A stretch of 57,050 nt of DNA from Nemertoderma westbladi (lineage: Eukaryota > Animalia > Xenacoelomorpha): assembly GCA_032718475.1 (NCBI GenBank), contig JAUCBJ010003463.1, positions 1 to 57,050 on the forward strand, read 5' to 3'. The translations under genes and the position numbers were made by a program. Shown here piece after piece: positions 10,429 to 23,112 of the stretch. The number at the start of each line of letters is the position of its first letter. Positions within the stretch are counted from its first letter, which is position 1. Below the pieces are notes generated by a model. It did not search any database. It was not told the origin of the DNA and saw nothing but the letters and a program-made list of their open reading frames with translations.

Positions 10429-11027
10429 CTTAAATAAGAACCCTCTTTAGGTGCAAATTTAACTTAAAATGAAACGCACCTTAAATTAAATATAGAAGAT
10501 TATCGGTTCATTTAGTATGAGTAATGATTAAAAATAGGGTAAAAGTTGCAATATAATTTTATTGAAGTTGAGTATTAAAATAGTTAAAATAAAATAAATT
10601 ATTTATATAGTAAAAAATATTTGTGATAAAATCTTCAATTTTAATTTTATGTTGTACATGATAAATATATATATTTAATTTGTAAAATCACTGATCTCTG
10701 GGTAAAATGTTTGTTTTCAATACCCGGGAACCAGAGACCTATCCAGAGACCAAAAAACTGCCCGGAGAATCCAGAGAACAGAGATCAGTGACAGGTCTCT
10801 ATTTCAACTCTATAGTAAACAGCATGAAATTCGTAATCAGATAGATAGTTCAAAATCAAATATTGAACTATCTGGTCGAAAAACGTTAGACTATCCCTTT
10901 ATTGGTATACCGGTAGTTAAAAAAAAGTAATTAGAATGGCTCAGAGTGTTTATAGTGAAGAAATATCATTAATTAAGTTGGGCGTCAAATTTAAAATTGA
11001 CCAGAATTAATGTCAGTAACAACCAAC

Positions 11028-11492
11028 CTAGCGGTGGGATCCCCGTCTGAGTAGAAGCGACTACCGCCAGCCAGTCGGCCACACAATGTTGGATGTACGA
11101 CGCAATCGACCCGACCGAAACTCACCAACTTATCGAACAACGCCGAGAGTTTCAACAACGTCGTAGCGGATAAACACTCCTCGGTGACGTCGCAGTAGGT
11201 AACCAACCATGGGAGTACGCGAGCGAGCGGCTGGGTGAGTACGCGCGGACTCAGCTCGGTGAACGAGGTGCGTAGGAACCCCAACGCGAACCGAACCAAC
11301 TCGGGTAGTTCCCGCACCCCGTTGAACGAGATACCCCGCGGATAAACACGGAGGGTCGGGTAGGAGTTGACCCCCAACTCGCGGCACAGGTACCAATCCT
11401 CGAAGCAGTTCACCGCCCCGATACGCAGCACCCCGGACAGTTGCTTAGCGACGAGTCGCCATGTGGGGGCTAAGTCGCGGCAATGGGAGCAT
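11028..11492 (-). CDS. DNAJC10: DNAJC10 exon 3: first thioredoxin active site CSHC
   Basis: Acceptor ccccag|A at 11492 (phase 2). CSHCRDLAPTWR...IGAVNC. Donor AG|gttggt at 11028, chosen because it keeps frame with exon 4. Confidence 0.88.
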
Positions 11493-11817
11493 CTGGGGGA
11501 GTAAAGGGAGTTAAGTAACCCTGTAGTGTACCCGGCGGAATAAAATAGGTACAAGAGAAAGCAACTCAGTAAAGCTTACTTTTGTACCACGGTGGGGGGG
11601 TGGGGGGGTCTTTACCTCTATTTATGACAAATCGTAGATTAAAAACAACTTTACCTGCAATTGGTGTCAGCCATTAAATAAATATTTGCTAAACGAATAA
11701 TAATAATCGGTACCGGTATTAATTATTTTACTTTCACAATTTTCTGACAATTAAAATTCAAGAAATTCAACTCTAAAAACATATTTTTAAATATAACATT
11801 ATTATAACTCCTTCCAT

Positions 11818-13963
11818 ATGAATGGGAGAATCTTTTAGGCACGTTAGGCCAAGGAATGCCTGTTCACTACCATGGGTGATCTTCCACATTAAACCATTCC
11901 ACTCGGTTTCATAAAGGTATGCCTGTTCATCACCATGGGTGATCTTACACAGTAAACCCTTCCACTCTGTTTCCTAAAGAATGCCTGTTCATCACCATGA
12001 GTGATCTTCCACAGTAAACCCTTCCACTCTGTTTCCTAAAGAATGCCTGTTCACCACCATGGGTGATCTTCCACATTAAACCATTCCACTCGGTTTCATA
12101 AAGGTATGCCTGTTCATCACCCATGGGTGATCTTACACAGTAAACCCTTCCACTCTGTTTCCTAAAGAATACCTGTTCATCACCATGGGTGATCTTACAC
12201 AGTAAACCCTTCCACTCTGTTTCCTAAAGAATGCCTGTTCACCACCATGGGTGATCCTCCACATTAAACCATTCCATTCCACTCGGTTTCATAAAGGTAT
12301 GCCTGTTCATTACCATGGGTGATCTTACACAGTAAACCCTTCCACTCTGTTTCCTAAAGAATGCCTGTTCACCACCATGGGTGATCTTCCACATTAAACC
12401 ATTCCACTCGGTTTCATAAAGGTATGCCTGTTCATCACCATGGGTGATCTTACACAGTAAACCCTTCCACTCTGTTTCCTAAAGAATGCCTGTTCACTAC
12501 CATGGGTGATCTTCCACATTAAACCATTCCACTCGGTTTCATAAAGGTATGCCTGTTCATCACCATGGGTGATCTTACACAGTAAACCCTTCCACTCTGT
12601 TTCCTAAAGAATGCCTGTTCACCACCATGGGTGATCTTCCACATTAAACCATTCCACTCGGTTTCATAAAGGTAAGCCTGTTCGTTCATCACCATGGGTG
12701 ATCTTACAAAGTAAACCCTTCCACTCTGTTTCCTAAAGAATGCCTGTTCATCACCATGAGTGATCTTCCACAGTAAACCCTTCCACTCTGTTTCCTAAAG
12801 AATGCCTGTTCACCACCATGGGTGATCTTCCACATTAAACCATTCCATTCGGTTTCATAAAGGTATGCCTGTTCATCACCCATGGGTGATCTTACACAGT
12901 AAACCCTTCCACTCTGTTTCCTAAAGAATACCTGTTCATCACCATGGGTGATCTTACACAGTAAACCCTTCCACTCTGTTTCCTAAAGAATGCCTGTTCA
13001 CCACCATGGGTGATCCTCCACATTAAACCATTCCACTCGGTTTCATAAAGGTATGCCTGTTCATCACCATGGGTGATCTTACACAGTAAAAAAACCCTTC
13101 CACTCTGTTTCCTAAAAGAATGCCCGTTCACCACCATATGGGTGATCTTCCACAGTAAACCCTTCCACTCTGTTTCCTAAAGGAATGCCCGTTCACCACC
13201 ATATGGGTGATCTTTCACAGTAAACCCTTCCACTCTGTTTCGAAAAGGAAAGCCTGTTCACCAACATGGGTGATCTTCCACCCACAGTAAACCCTTCCAC
13301 TTGTTTCTTAAAGGAAAGCCTGTTCACCACCATGGGTGATCTTCACACAGTAAACCATTCCACTCGGTTTCATAAAGGTATGCCTGTTCATCACCCATGG
13401 GTGATCTTACACAGTAAACCCTTCCACTCTGTTTCCTAAAGGAATGCCTGTTCACCACCCATGAGTGATCTACCACAGTAAACCCTTCCACTCTGTTTCC
13501 TAAAGGAATGCCTGTTCACCACCATGGGTGATCTCCCACAGTAAACCCTTCCACTCCGTTTCCTAAAGGAATGCCTGTTCATCACCATGGGTGATCTTCT
13601 ACAGTAAACCCTTCCACTCTGTTTCCTAAAGGAATGCCTGTTCACCACCCATGAGTGATCTTCCACAGTAAACCCTTCCACTCTGTTTCCTAAAGGAATG
13701 CCTGTTCACCACCCATGAGTGATCTTCCACAGTAAACCCTTCCACTCTGTTTCCTAAAGGAATGCCTGTTCACCACCATGGGTGATCTCCCACAGTAAAC
13801 CCTTCCACTCCGTTTCCTAAAGGAATGCCTGTTCATCACCATGGGTGATCTTCTACAGTGAACCCTTCCACTCTGTTTCCTAAAGAATGCCTGTTCACCA
13901 CCATGGGTGATCTCCCACAGTAAACCCTTCCACTCCGTTTCCTAAAGGAATGCCTGTTCATCA
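11818..13963 (-). repeat. 62/63-bp satellite amplified from the interior of a SINE, with the SINE 3' tail retained at 11818-11860; continues at 18388-18437
   Basis: Unit CCATGGGTGATCTTCCACAGTAAACCCTTCCACTCTGTTTCCTAAAGGAATGCCTGTTCACCA is the reverse complement of SINE bases ~51030-51090. Two unit variants alternate in the first half. Confidence 0.95.
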
Positions 13964-16900
13964 GGGTAGGTGTAAAACGCGGATCCGGATCCGGATTCAG
14001 GATCCGGATACGGATCAGGACCCGGATTTGCGAGTGTAAAAGGCGGATCCGGATTTACATACAATCCGTAACTGAGTGTAATATGCGGATTCTGAAATAC
14101 GCAATCCGTATTGCAGTGTAAAACGCGGATTCATATATTTTGTGAATCCGGAATGGAGTGTAAAACGCGGATTTTCGTTAATTACCAAGTTTTGTTGGAT
14201 CCGGAAAGGAGTGTAAAACACGGATTTTCGTTAATTACCAAGTTTTGTTGGATCCGGAATGGAGTGTAAAACACGGATTTACGTTAATTACCAAGTTTTA
14301 TTGGATCCGGAATGGGTGTAAAACACGGATTCAATTTATTTACCAAGTGTTACTGGATCCGGAAGGAGTGTAAAACGCGGATTTACGTTAATTACTCAAG
14401 TTTTATTGGATCCGGAATGGAGTGTAAAACACGGATTTTCGTTAATTACCAAGTTTTGTTGGATCCGGAATGGAGTGTAAAACACGGATTTTCGTTAATT
14501 ACCAAGTTTTGTTGGATCCGGAATGGAGTGTAAAACACGGATTTTCGTTAATTACCAAGTTTTGTTGGATCCGGAATGGAGTGTAAAACACGGATTTTCG
14601 TTAATTACCAAGTTTTGTTGGATCCGGAATGGAGTGTAAAACACGGATTTTCGTTAATTACCAAGTTTTGTTGGATCCGGAATGGAGTGTAAAACACGGA
14701 TTTACGTTAATTACCAAGTTTTGTTGGATCCGGAATGGAGTGTAAAACACGGATTTCAATTAATTACCAAGTTTTGTTGGATCCGGAATGGAGTGTAAAA
14801 CACGGATTTACGTTAATTACCAAGTTTTATTGGATCCGGAATGGAGTGTAAAACACGGATTTACGTTAATTACCAAGTTTTGTTGGATCCGGAATGGAGT
14901 GTAAAACACGGATTTTCGTTAATTACCAAGTTTTGTTGGATCCGGAATGGAGTGTAAAACACGGATTTTCGTTAATTACCAAGTTTTGTTGGATCCGGAA
15001 TGGAGTGTAAAACACGGATTTACGTTAATTACCAAGTTTTAATGGATCCGGGAAGGGGTGTAAAACGCGGATTCAATTTATTTACCAAGTGTTACTAGAT
15101 CCGGGAAGGGGTGTAAAACGCGGATTGATTCAGGTTAATTACAAAGTGTTACTGGATCCGGGAAGGGGTGTAAAATGCGGATTTACGTTAATTACTGAGT
15201 TTGTTAATGAGGGACACAACTATTAATGAGGGACACACATTAATGAGGGACACAAACATTAATGGGGGACACCGTAATAGTTAATAGACACCTTAATAAT
15301 TTGTCTATGTCTAGGGGCCACACATAAGCTTAATCCGGCTCTGGGGGACACCTTAATAGGGGTCAATGCTTCCCAATGAATTATTAATAAGGGCGATGGT
15401 GATGCTTGGCCGTCAGACATTATTAGATATTGATTAGCTGAAAAACTACTACCGTGGGAACGTGACCTCTCTGGTAGAGCGGCTCTGTAGACAATTGTAT
15501 GGTAGGATTACTGTCCTGTTCCCTGATTGGCTTATCCATCCCAACCTCCCTTACAAACAAGAATCACTGTTCTGCCTAGCTGGCGGTAGTTTGTACTGCA
15601 TCATAGCGTACTCTATTTAAGGCCTTGCAAGCGTGCTGCCTTCCTAATTTATGGAGGCTGAACTGTTCAGTATAATTTCTTATTTAATTTCTTATTAAAC
15701 ATGGATGACAGTGATGACTTTGTAAAGGTTCCATTTACGGGATTCGTTATTCCGAGTCCAACCAATGATACAGCCATTGTTGAGCCGCTTGAACTCACTA
15801 CGCAAACATCGTGCACCCCGAGTCCGGAGAAGAAAAAAACCAGGAAAGTCAGCAAGCCAAGAAAAGTTACTAAAGAACAATAAACATTGTACTAATTAAT
15901 AATTGTAACTAGATGAGGGTCTGGGTCTTTATTGCATATGCGTTTTACAAATTGTTCATTAAAACTTACTAATTAACTTGAATCCGCGTTTTACACCCCG
16001 TTCCGGATCCAATAAAACTTGGTAATTAACGTAAATCCGTGTTTTACACTCCATTCCGGATCCAATAAAACTTGGTAATTAACGTAAATCCGTGTTTTAC
16101 ACTCCATTCCGGATCCAATAAAACTTGGTAATTAATGTAAATCCGTATTTTACACTCCATTCCGGATCCAATAAAACTTGGTAATTAACGCAAATCCGTG
16201 TTTTACACTCCATTCCGGATCCAATAAAACTTGTGTAATTAACGATAAATCCGTCGTTTTACACTCCATTCCGGATACAATAAAACTTGGTAATTAACGT
16301 AAATCCGTGTTTTACACTCCATTCCGGATCCAATAAAACTTGGTAATTAACGTAAATCCGTATTTTACACTCCATTCCGGATCCAATAAAACTTGGTAAT
16401 TAACGTAAATCCGTATTTTACACTCCATTCCGGATCCAATAAAACTTGGTAATTAACGTAAATCCGTGTTTTACACTCCATTCCGGATCCAATAAAACTT
16501 GGTAATTAACGTAAATCCGTGTTTTACACTCCATTCCGGATCCAATAAAACTTGGTAATTAACGTAAATCCGTGTTTTACACTCCATTCCGGATCCAATA
16601 AAACTTAGTAATTAACGTAAATCCGCGTTTTACACTCCATTCCCGGATCCAATTAAACTTGGTAATTAACTAGAATCCGCGTTTTACACTCCTTCCCGGA
16701 TCCAATAAAACATGGTAATTAACTTGAATCCGCGTTTTACACTCCATTCCGGATCCAATAAAACTTGATAATTAACGTAAATCCGTGTTTTACACTCCAT
16801 TCCGGATCCAATAAAACTTAGTAATTAACGTAAATCCGTGTTTTACACTCCATTCCGGATCCAATAAAACTTGATAATTAACGTAAATCCGTGTTTTACA

Positions 16901-18387
16901 CTCCATTCCGGATCCAATAAAACTTGGTAATTAACGTAAATCCGTGTTTTACACTCCATTCCGGATCCAATAAAACTTGGTAATTAATGTAAATCCGTAT
17001 TTTACACTCCATTCCGGATCCAATAAAACTTGGTAATTAACGTAAATCCGTGTTTTACACTCCATTCCGGATCCAATAAAACTTGGTAATTAACGTAAAT
17101 CCGTGTTTTACACTCCATTCCGGATCCAATAAAACTTGGTAATTAATGTAAATCCGTATTTTACACTCCATTCCGGATCCAATAAAACTTGGTAATTAAC
17201 GCAAATCCGTGTTTTACACTCCATTCCGGATCCAATAAAACTTGGTAATTAACGTAAATCCGTGTTTTACACTCCATTCCGAATCAAATAAAACTTAGTA
17301 ATTAACGTAAATCCGTTTTTACACTCCATTCCGGATACAATAAAACTTGGTAATTAACGTAAATCCGTGTTTTACACTCCATTCCGGATCCAATAAAACT
17401 TGGTAATTAACGTAAATCCGTATTTTACACTCCATTCCGGATCTAATAAAACTTGGTAATTAACGTAAATCCGTATTTTACACTCCATTCCGGATCCAAT
17501 AAAACTTGGTAATTAACGTAAATCCGTGTTTTACACTCCATTCCGGATCCAATAAAACTTGGTAATTAACGTAAATCCGTATTTTACACTCCATTCCGGA
17601 TCCAATAAAACTTGGTAATTAACGTAAATCCGTGTTTTACACTCCATTCCGGATCCAATAAAACTTGGTAATTAATGTAAATCCGTATTTTACACTCCAT
17701 TCCGGATCCAATAAAACTTGGTAATTAACGTAAATCCGTGTTTTACACTCCATTCCGGATCCAATAAAACTTGATAATTAATGTAAATCCGTGTTTTACA
17801 CTCCATTCCCGATCCAATAAAACTTAGTAATTAACGTAAATCCGTGTTTTACACTCCATTCCGGATCCAATAAAACTTGATAATTAACGTAAATCCGTGT
17901 TTTACACTCCATTCCGGATCCAATAAAACTTAGTAATTAACGTAAATCCGCGTTTTACACCCCTTCCCGGATCCAATAAAACTTGGTAATTAACTAGAAT
18001 CCGCGTTTTACACCCCTTCCCGGATCCAATAAAACATGGTAATTAACTAGAATCCGCGTTTTACACCCCTTCCCGGATTTAATAAAACTTTGTAATAAAC
18101 CTCAATCCGTATTTTACACCCAATCCCGGATTCAATAGAAAAATGAATCCGCGTTTTACACTCCGTTCAGGATTTAGCCTAAAACATGAATCCGCGCTTT
18201 ACACTCCGTTCCGGATCTGAAAAAAAGGCCAATCCGCATTTTACACTCGGTTACGGATTCGGTAAATTTAGCAGTGCACGGATCCGCAGATTACACCCTA
18301 AAAATGTAAATTCAGTCGACTTCCATAGGGACAATGTTAAATGATAGAATCCGGATCCTGATCCGGATCCGCGTTTTACTCTGACCC
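13964..18387. mobile_element. Foldback-type (Mutator/MULE-like) non-autonomous DNA transposon, 4.4 kb
   Basis: 9-bp TSD TGTTCATCA (13955-13963 and 18388-18396). Termini GGGT(AGGT/CAGA)GTAAAACGCGGATCCGGATC are inverted. Arms are inverted arrays of a 53-bp unit (~14140-15200 and ~15965-18210) around a ~750-bp unique spacer. Confidence 0.92.
15701..15883 (+). CDS. Possible 60-aa cargo peptide in the foldback spacer (acidic N-terminus, SP motifs, basic NLS-like C-terminus)
   Basis: ORF MDDSDDF...SPEKKKTRKVSKPRKVTKEQ. Upstream GATTGG (~15525) and TATTTAA (~15614); downstream ATTAAA (~15958). No recognised homology. Confidence 0.35.
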   Translation: MDDSDDFVKVPFTGFVIPSPTNDTAIVEPLELTTQTSCTPSPEKKKTRKVSKPRKVTKEQ

Positions 18388-19286
18388 TGTTCATCACCAT
18401 GGGTGATCTTCCACAGTAAACCCTTTCACTCCTTCCATAGAAATGGCGTTAAACTATCAACTACATTATTCTCATACCTTTTACACTATTTTAACTCCTT
18501 TTATATACAGTCCCTGTAGAATTAGCTATTGACTTCATAATAATGTTTGTAATTTACAATTTAAATCTATTCAATTAATCAGCTTTTTTTAAGTTCTAGA
18601 ACATTAATTTTATTCCAGAAAAAATTTATAAAACATTAAAAATCATTCGCTAGTTTTGGGTATTTTTATGGTGTAGAAAGTGTTCCCTACACAGACTTAC
18701 AGTTCCAGAAGATGTTATTATTAGTGTAGAATGTTTTTTAAACAATTTAGTCTCGTAACTCGTAATTTGGTCTCATTGAAAATTATTTGTTCTATAACTA
18801 TACCGAAACCATTTTTATCATACCTAAACATGTTTTAGAACATTTCAAACAAATCCATAGAAATTAGATAGTTTATAAAATGGGAGGGGTGTTGGTGGTG
18901 TTCTGTTGGGTACCGACACCGAGTGACCATAATGAAGAGGAAGGTATTAATGAAGAAACATTAATTTGTTCTAGAATAAGCAATATTTAAACAAAATTCA
19001 TGTTTACCAATATTACATAATGCTTAACTTGAGATGCACTAAATGAAACGAAATCCATTTAAAAATAAAACTACGTATTACATGTTAAATAACGTGGAAC
19101 ATATTTTCACTATATATACTCTTGATTCTTTAATGTTCTATATTATTTACCATGCAATAAATAATTAAAGATTGAGATTTTGCCTTCACACTGATAGGCA
19201 GACAGGCGATAAGGTTCAATTAAATCGAATAAGTCAATTGAAATCAATCAATAAATTAAATTAGGAATATAAACAGATTAACGTAC

Positions 19287-19507
19287 CTCTGTGAATAGAA
19301 GTTAACGAACCACAACTCCCCCGAGGTCACTAACGAGTGCCAATCAGAGCGATCCAGCGTTACAACCTCGACATCCTCGTCGTACAACCCGAAGTCCTGG
19401 TGATAGAAGTTCCAGGACTCGTACCGCTGGTTCCGCTTGGCCCCTTCCTCCAATCCCTCCTCCCCACTCGCATCGTACTTCCGGCGTGTTTCATCGTCCT
19501 TCAGCAC
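19287..19507 (-). CDS. DNAJC10: DNAJC10 exon 2: end of J domain, start of Trx1
   Basis: Acceptor tatag|GTG at 19507. VLKDDETRRKYD...YESWNFYHQDFGLYDED...WFVNFYS. Donor AG|gtacgt at 19287. Confidence 0.92.
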
Positions 19508-20128
19508 CTATACCGGCAGTGTAAGACACGAGATATATTATAGACAGACTACAGTTAGATTCAAACAATCTGCATCAGGTAAAAACAATACATTTATTTT
19601 ACATTTATGTACGTAATAGGCCTATAAGGTCTAATTACTTTAGTTAAAAATAATACAGTAGGTAAAAATACTGTAATATAGGCCTAGGTAGGGGTATGAA
19701 TAAATAAATTAGGCCTAATGAACTGATGAAGTAGACCACTTTTACTGTCTGACTGTATTGCAGTATTGCAAAATCTAAAATGTACAAGTAAAAATAAAGC
19801 AGCTTTATAAATATATATATAATTATATTAATATATTAATATATTAATATATATTATATATTAATATATATATGTAATATTAATAATAGCAATAGGCTGA
19901 TAGCTGGATAGGTGATAGGCAATAGGCTACCCTGCTACCTCCAGGCAGCCAGGACCTCTACCATTACTGCATTAGAAAGATTAGATTAATACCGGTACTG
20001 TCTGACTGTATAGGGGATAGGGCCTACCTGCAGGCTGCAGACCTGAATAGAATACGGCCTGACGGCAGTACGGTAGGCCTACGGCGTACGGCTGTACGGG
20101 TTGTCATTCTGTCATAATTTAAACCTAC

Positions 20129-20365
20129 CTCGTAGGCTCGACTCAGTCCAAGGAACTCTTCGTGAGCGCCCGGCTCTCCGGGTCGTTTGTCTGGATGTTT
20201 CGTTAACGCGAGAACTTTAAACGCCCGTCGAATGTCTTTCGTCGTCGCGTCTCGCGAGACGTTGAGCATCTGGTAGAAATCCCGTCCAGATTCCGCCGTT
20301 GGAATGTTACTTAGTAGAAATACAACAATTGGGTACAAAATATTTATTCCATTTAAGAAATACAT
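20129..20365 (-). CDS. DNAJC10: DNAJC10 exon 1: signal peptide plus J domain with HPD
   Basis: Hydrophobic leader, then DFYQMLNVSRDATTKDIRRAFKVLALTKHPDK...RAYE. Donor GAG|gtaggt. The five exons total 2298 nt = 765 aa plus stop. Confidence 0.92.
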
Positions 20366-20682
20366 TTTATTTTTTTACATTCCCAGACTGCAGACTACAA
20401 CTCTATTGCCTGGCCTGATTGCTGTATTGTCAGATTGTGTACCGGTATTCTGGTATTGCAGTATTGCTGTATTGTGAATGTTATCTTTCGTCAATCTACC
20501 AGTACTGTAGTACTACTACTACTCTACTACAGTCCTGTAATCTGATAATACTGTAAAACCAGCTGAGCAGCAGACCAGTACAGCAGTACAACAGTACAAA
20601 CGGTACCGGTATTGCTGTATTCTCAGATTCTGGCAGTCTGGTATTGCAGTATTATTTGCGTTGACGTGGCACACAGCGGTCC

Positions 20683-21421
20683 TAGTGTGTTTTGTGCACA
20701 CCCCCCCCCCCCCCCCCCCCCCTCAAATTTTTTATACTAGCTAGTTTTTGTTACTTTTTTTTAATGTTCTAGAACATATAACATAATAATACCGGTACAT
20801 GTTTATCTTTTTCATTTTTTATTGTACGTTGTATACTTTGTATGCATTTTTTAAACTAGCTATTTTTTTGTTTCCTTTTTAAAAAAAAAATGTTCTAGAG
20901 CATATTATCTATTCATTTAATATAAAAGTTTTGTTCTAAAACAAATATTATTTGTTCCAGAACAAAAAAACAAAAAAACTAGCTAATTTGTTAATTTTGT
21001 TAATTTTTTATTCTATGTTATCTTATTTATATCACATATTTAATAAAAATCACTAGCTACAATGAACATTTGTAGTTGTTAGTAATTGTTTTTAACACTT
21101 ACTAATGAAATAAAAAACACCACAAAATTACTTTTTTTAATGTTCTAGAACAAAAATATTTTTTCTAGAACAAAAATATTTGTTCTAGAACATTACTTTT
21201 TATCAAAATAAATAGACGATATGTTCTACAACATTTAAAAAAAGGCAAGAAAAACTAGCTTTGATAACCTCAAAAATACCTAATTAATTAATTGTTGTTC
21301 TGGAACAAGAATTATTTGTTCTAGAAAAAATGTAATAAAAAAAAATGAATAGACAATATGTTCTAGAACATTAAAAAAAGGGTAACAAAAACTAGCTAGT
21401 ATAAAAAATTTGGGAGGGGGG
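20683..21421. mobile_element. MITE-like element with poly-C/poly-G ends and internal TGTTCTAGAACA repeats; partial copy at 5705-5830
   Basis: C(n)-CAAATTTTTTATACTAGCTAGTTTTTG at the left is inverted at 21387-21421; the same left end occurs at 5705. Confidence 0.65.
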
Positions 21422-22269
21422 ATTTTTCGATTTTGCTTGTAAATTTTTTATAAGAGTTTTAAAAAAGTGTATTATTTTGAGAAATATTATTTATATTAAC
21501 TCATTAGAAAGCTTGTGTTGCTATTTGTTAAATACAGTGAACTGAATAAATATTGGTGTTCTAAGAAAAAATAATCAATTTCTTCTGGCAAATTATTTAG
21601 ATTTTTCTCAATCAAACTTCTTCTTTAAAAAATTCACTTTTTTATCCGCAAAAACGCGTACATAAAAAACTTTTTTCGTCCGCATATGCGGTCAAAAAAG
21701 TATTTATCCAATCAAAATTCCAAAATAAATAATATATAATAATAAATAATAATATAATATTTATCCATAATCAACGATCTTGTAGATTTTCTGTTGACTT
21801 CGCATTATTTATTCTAGATACTCTAGGTAATTACAATGGTAATTATTAATAAATCTAGCATGAAAATGTTTACAGTAGTTGTACTGTAGGATCTTTTGAA
21901 CAAGTAGCTAGTTAATCAAATTTTTGGGAAATTTATTTGATTAAGGTTCTGGAATATCACGTCCACTAACACAGTATAGCTAATTAATAGTACACCCTAG
22001 CTATATTATTTAATTACACAATGGTGCAGAATTGACATCATAATTGCGATAACTTTGTTATTTCTAATTCAAAACAGAATATTTTAAAGAAAGATTAAAT
22101 GGTAGCTACTGGTGTGCTCAATGTACCTTCAACTTCCAATAATATTATTGTATTTAATATATTCATAATTAATATTAGTATAATCTAAATGTGGGTTGAT
22201 TTTGGACAAAAAGAAATTTTTTCCGCATTTTGCGGAAAAAGGTTTATTTTTAAAAGGAAGGACTATTGT

Positions 22270-22515
22270 TCGATAAAAAAAAGTAAGCGGAAAACACCGC
22301 TTTTTTTCTCTCATTTTCAATTTAGCGAAATTCAACTATTCCTACCGAGTGGTTCAGTTTTACACGAGTTGGCATTTTAATTGAATTGGCACTTCGCTCG
22401 CGCTAAAGACCTGCCAACTCTTGTAAAACTCAACCACTCGGACAGAATAGTTGAATTTCGCTAAATTGAAAATGAGTGAAAAAAAGCGGTGTTTTCCGCT
22501 TACTTTTTTTATCGA
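22270..22515. repeat. Long near-perfect palindrome (~105-bp arms, ~35-bp loop); second hairpin at 22520-22606
   Basis: TCGATAAAAAAAAGTAAGCGGAAAACACCGC...GAGTTGGCA pairs with TGCCAACTC...GCGGTGTTTTCCGCTTACTTTTTTTATCGA. Confidence 0.92.
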
Positions 22516-23112
22516 TTTAATTCACTCGAAATAGTAGAATGTGAATTTATTCCTGATCGGCTACGCCTCGGAAGAAAATGTGCACATTCTACTATTCCTC
22601 GAAAATGCGGATAAAAAAGTCGGACAAAAAAATAGTACTTTCTTTTTGTAAAAGAAATAGTCATTACTGTATGTCATCACAATATTTTTCATTTTTCTAT
22701 TCTCAATATTTTTTTATACCTGCTATTTTACTCTAACCTTAACTCTGCTCAAACTGCGCCCCATATTCGGGTGCCAACAGTACAGTGTTCCATTCCATGT
22801 TAGCGATCAAGTTACTAAAACTTTACATCATCGTACTCCTGTAACTAAACCGAGGGAAATTCAAATCGTAATCACCTGGGCAACGATAGTAAATAAATAC
22901 AAATTACAATAGCTACTGTGTAGTGTAACGGTAGCAAGCATCTCAGCTTGTATTACAGAGGAGGTAGTAAGCCTACTGTACTGCTTACTGGTATTGTTGT
23001 GGTGTTGCATGGTGTCCTGTAAGGCGTGTACTAAACGATAATTTTATGTCTCTTTGTGAGTCTGTGGTAAGTTTGAGAGAAGTTAATTATACTCGGGACT
23101 GAGTAATCTAAA

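Noticed and set aside
11002-11027. Alternative DNAJC10 exon 3 donor at 11002 (TCTG|gtcaat)
   Set aside because: Phase 1 would hit a stop within six codons of exon 4; the donor at 11028 keeps the frame.
12892-14533. Repetitive ORFs (RKQSGRVYCGRSPMVVNRHSF etc.; also 50144-50594 and 37265-37627)
   Set aside because: Products of satellite or palindrome units with no sign of being genes.
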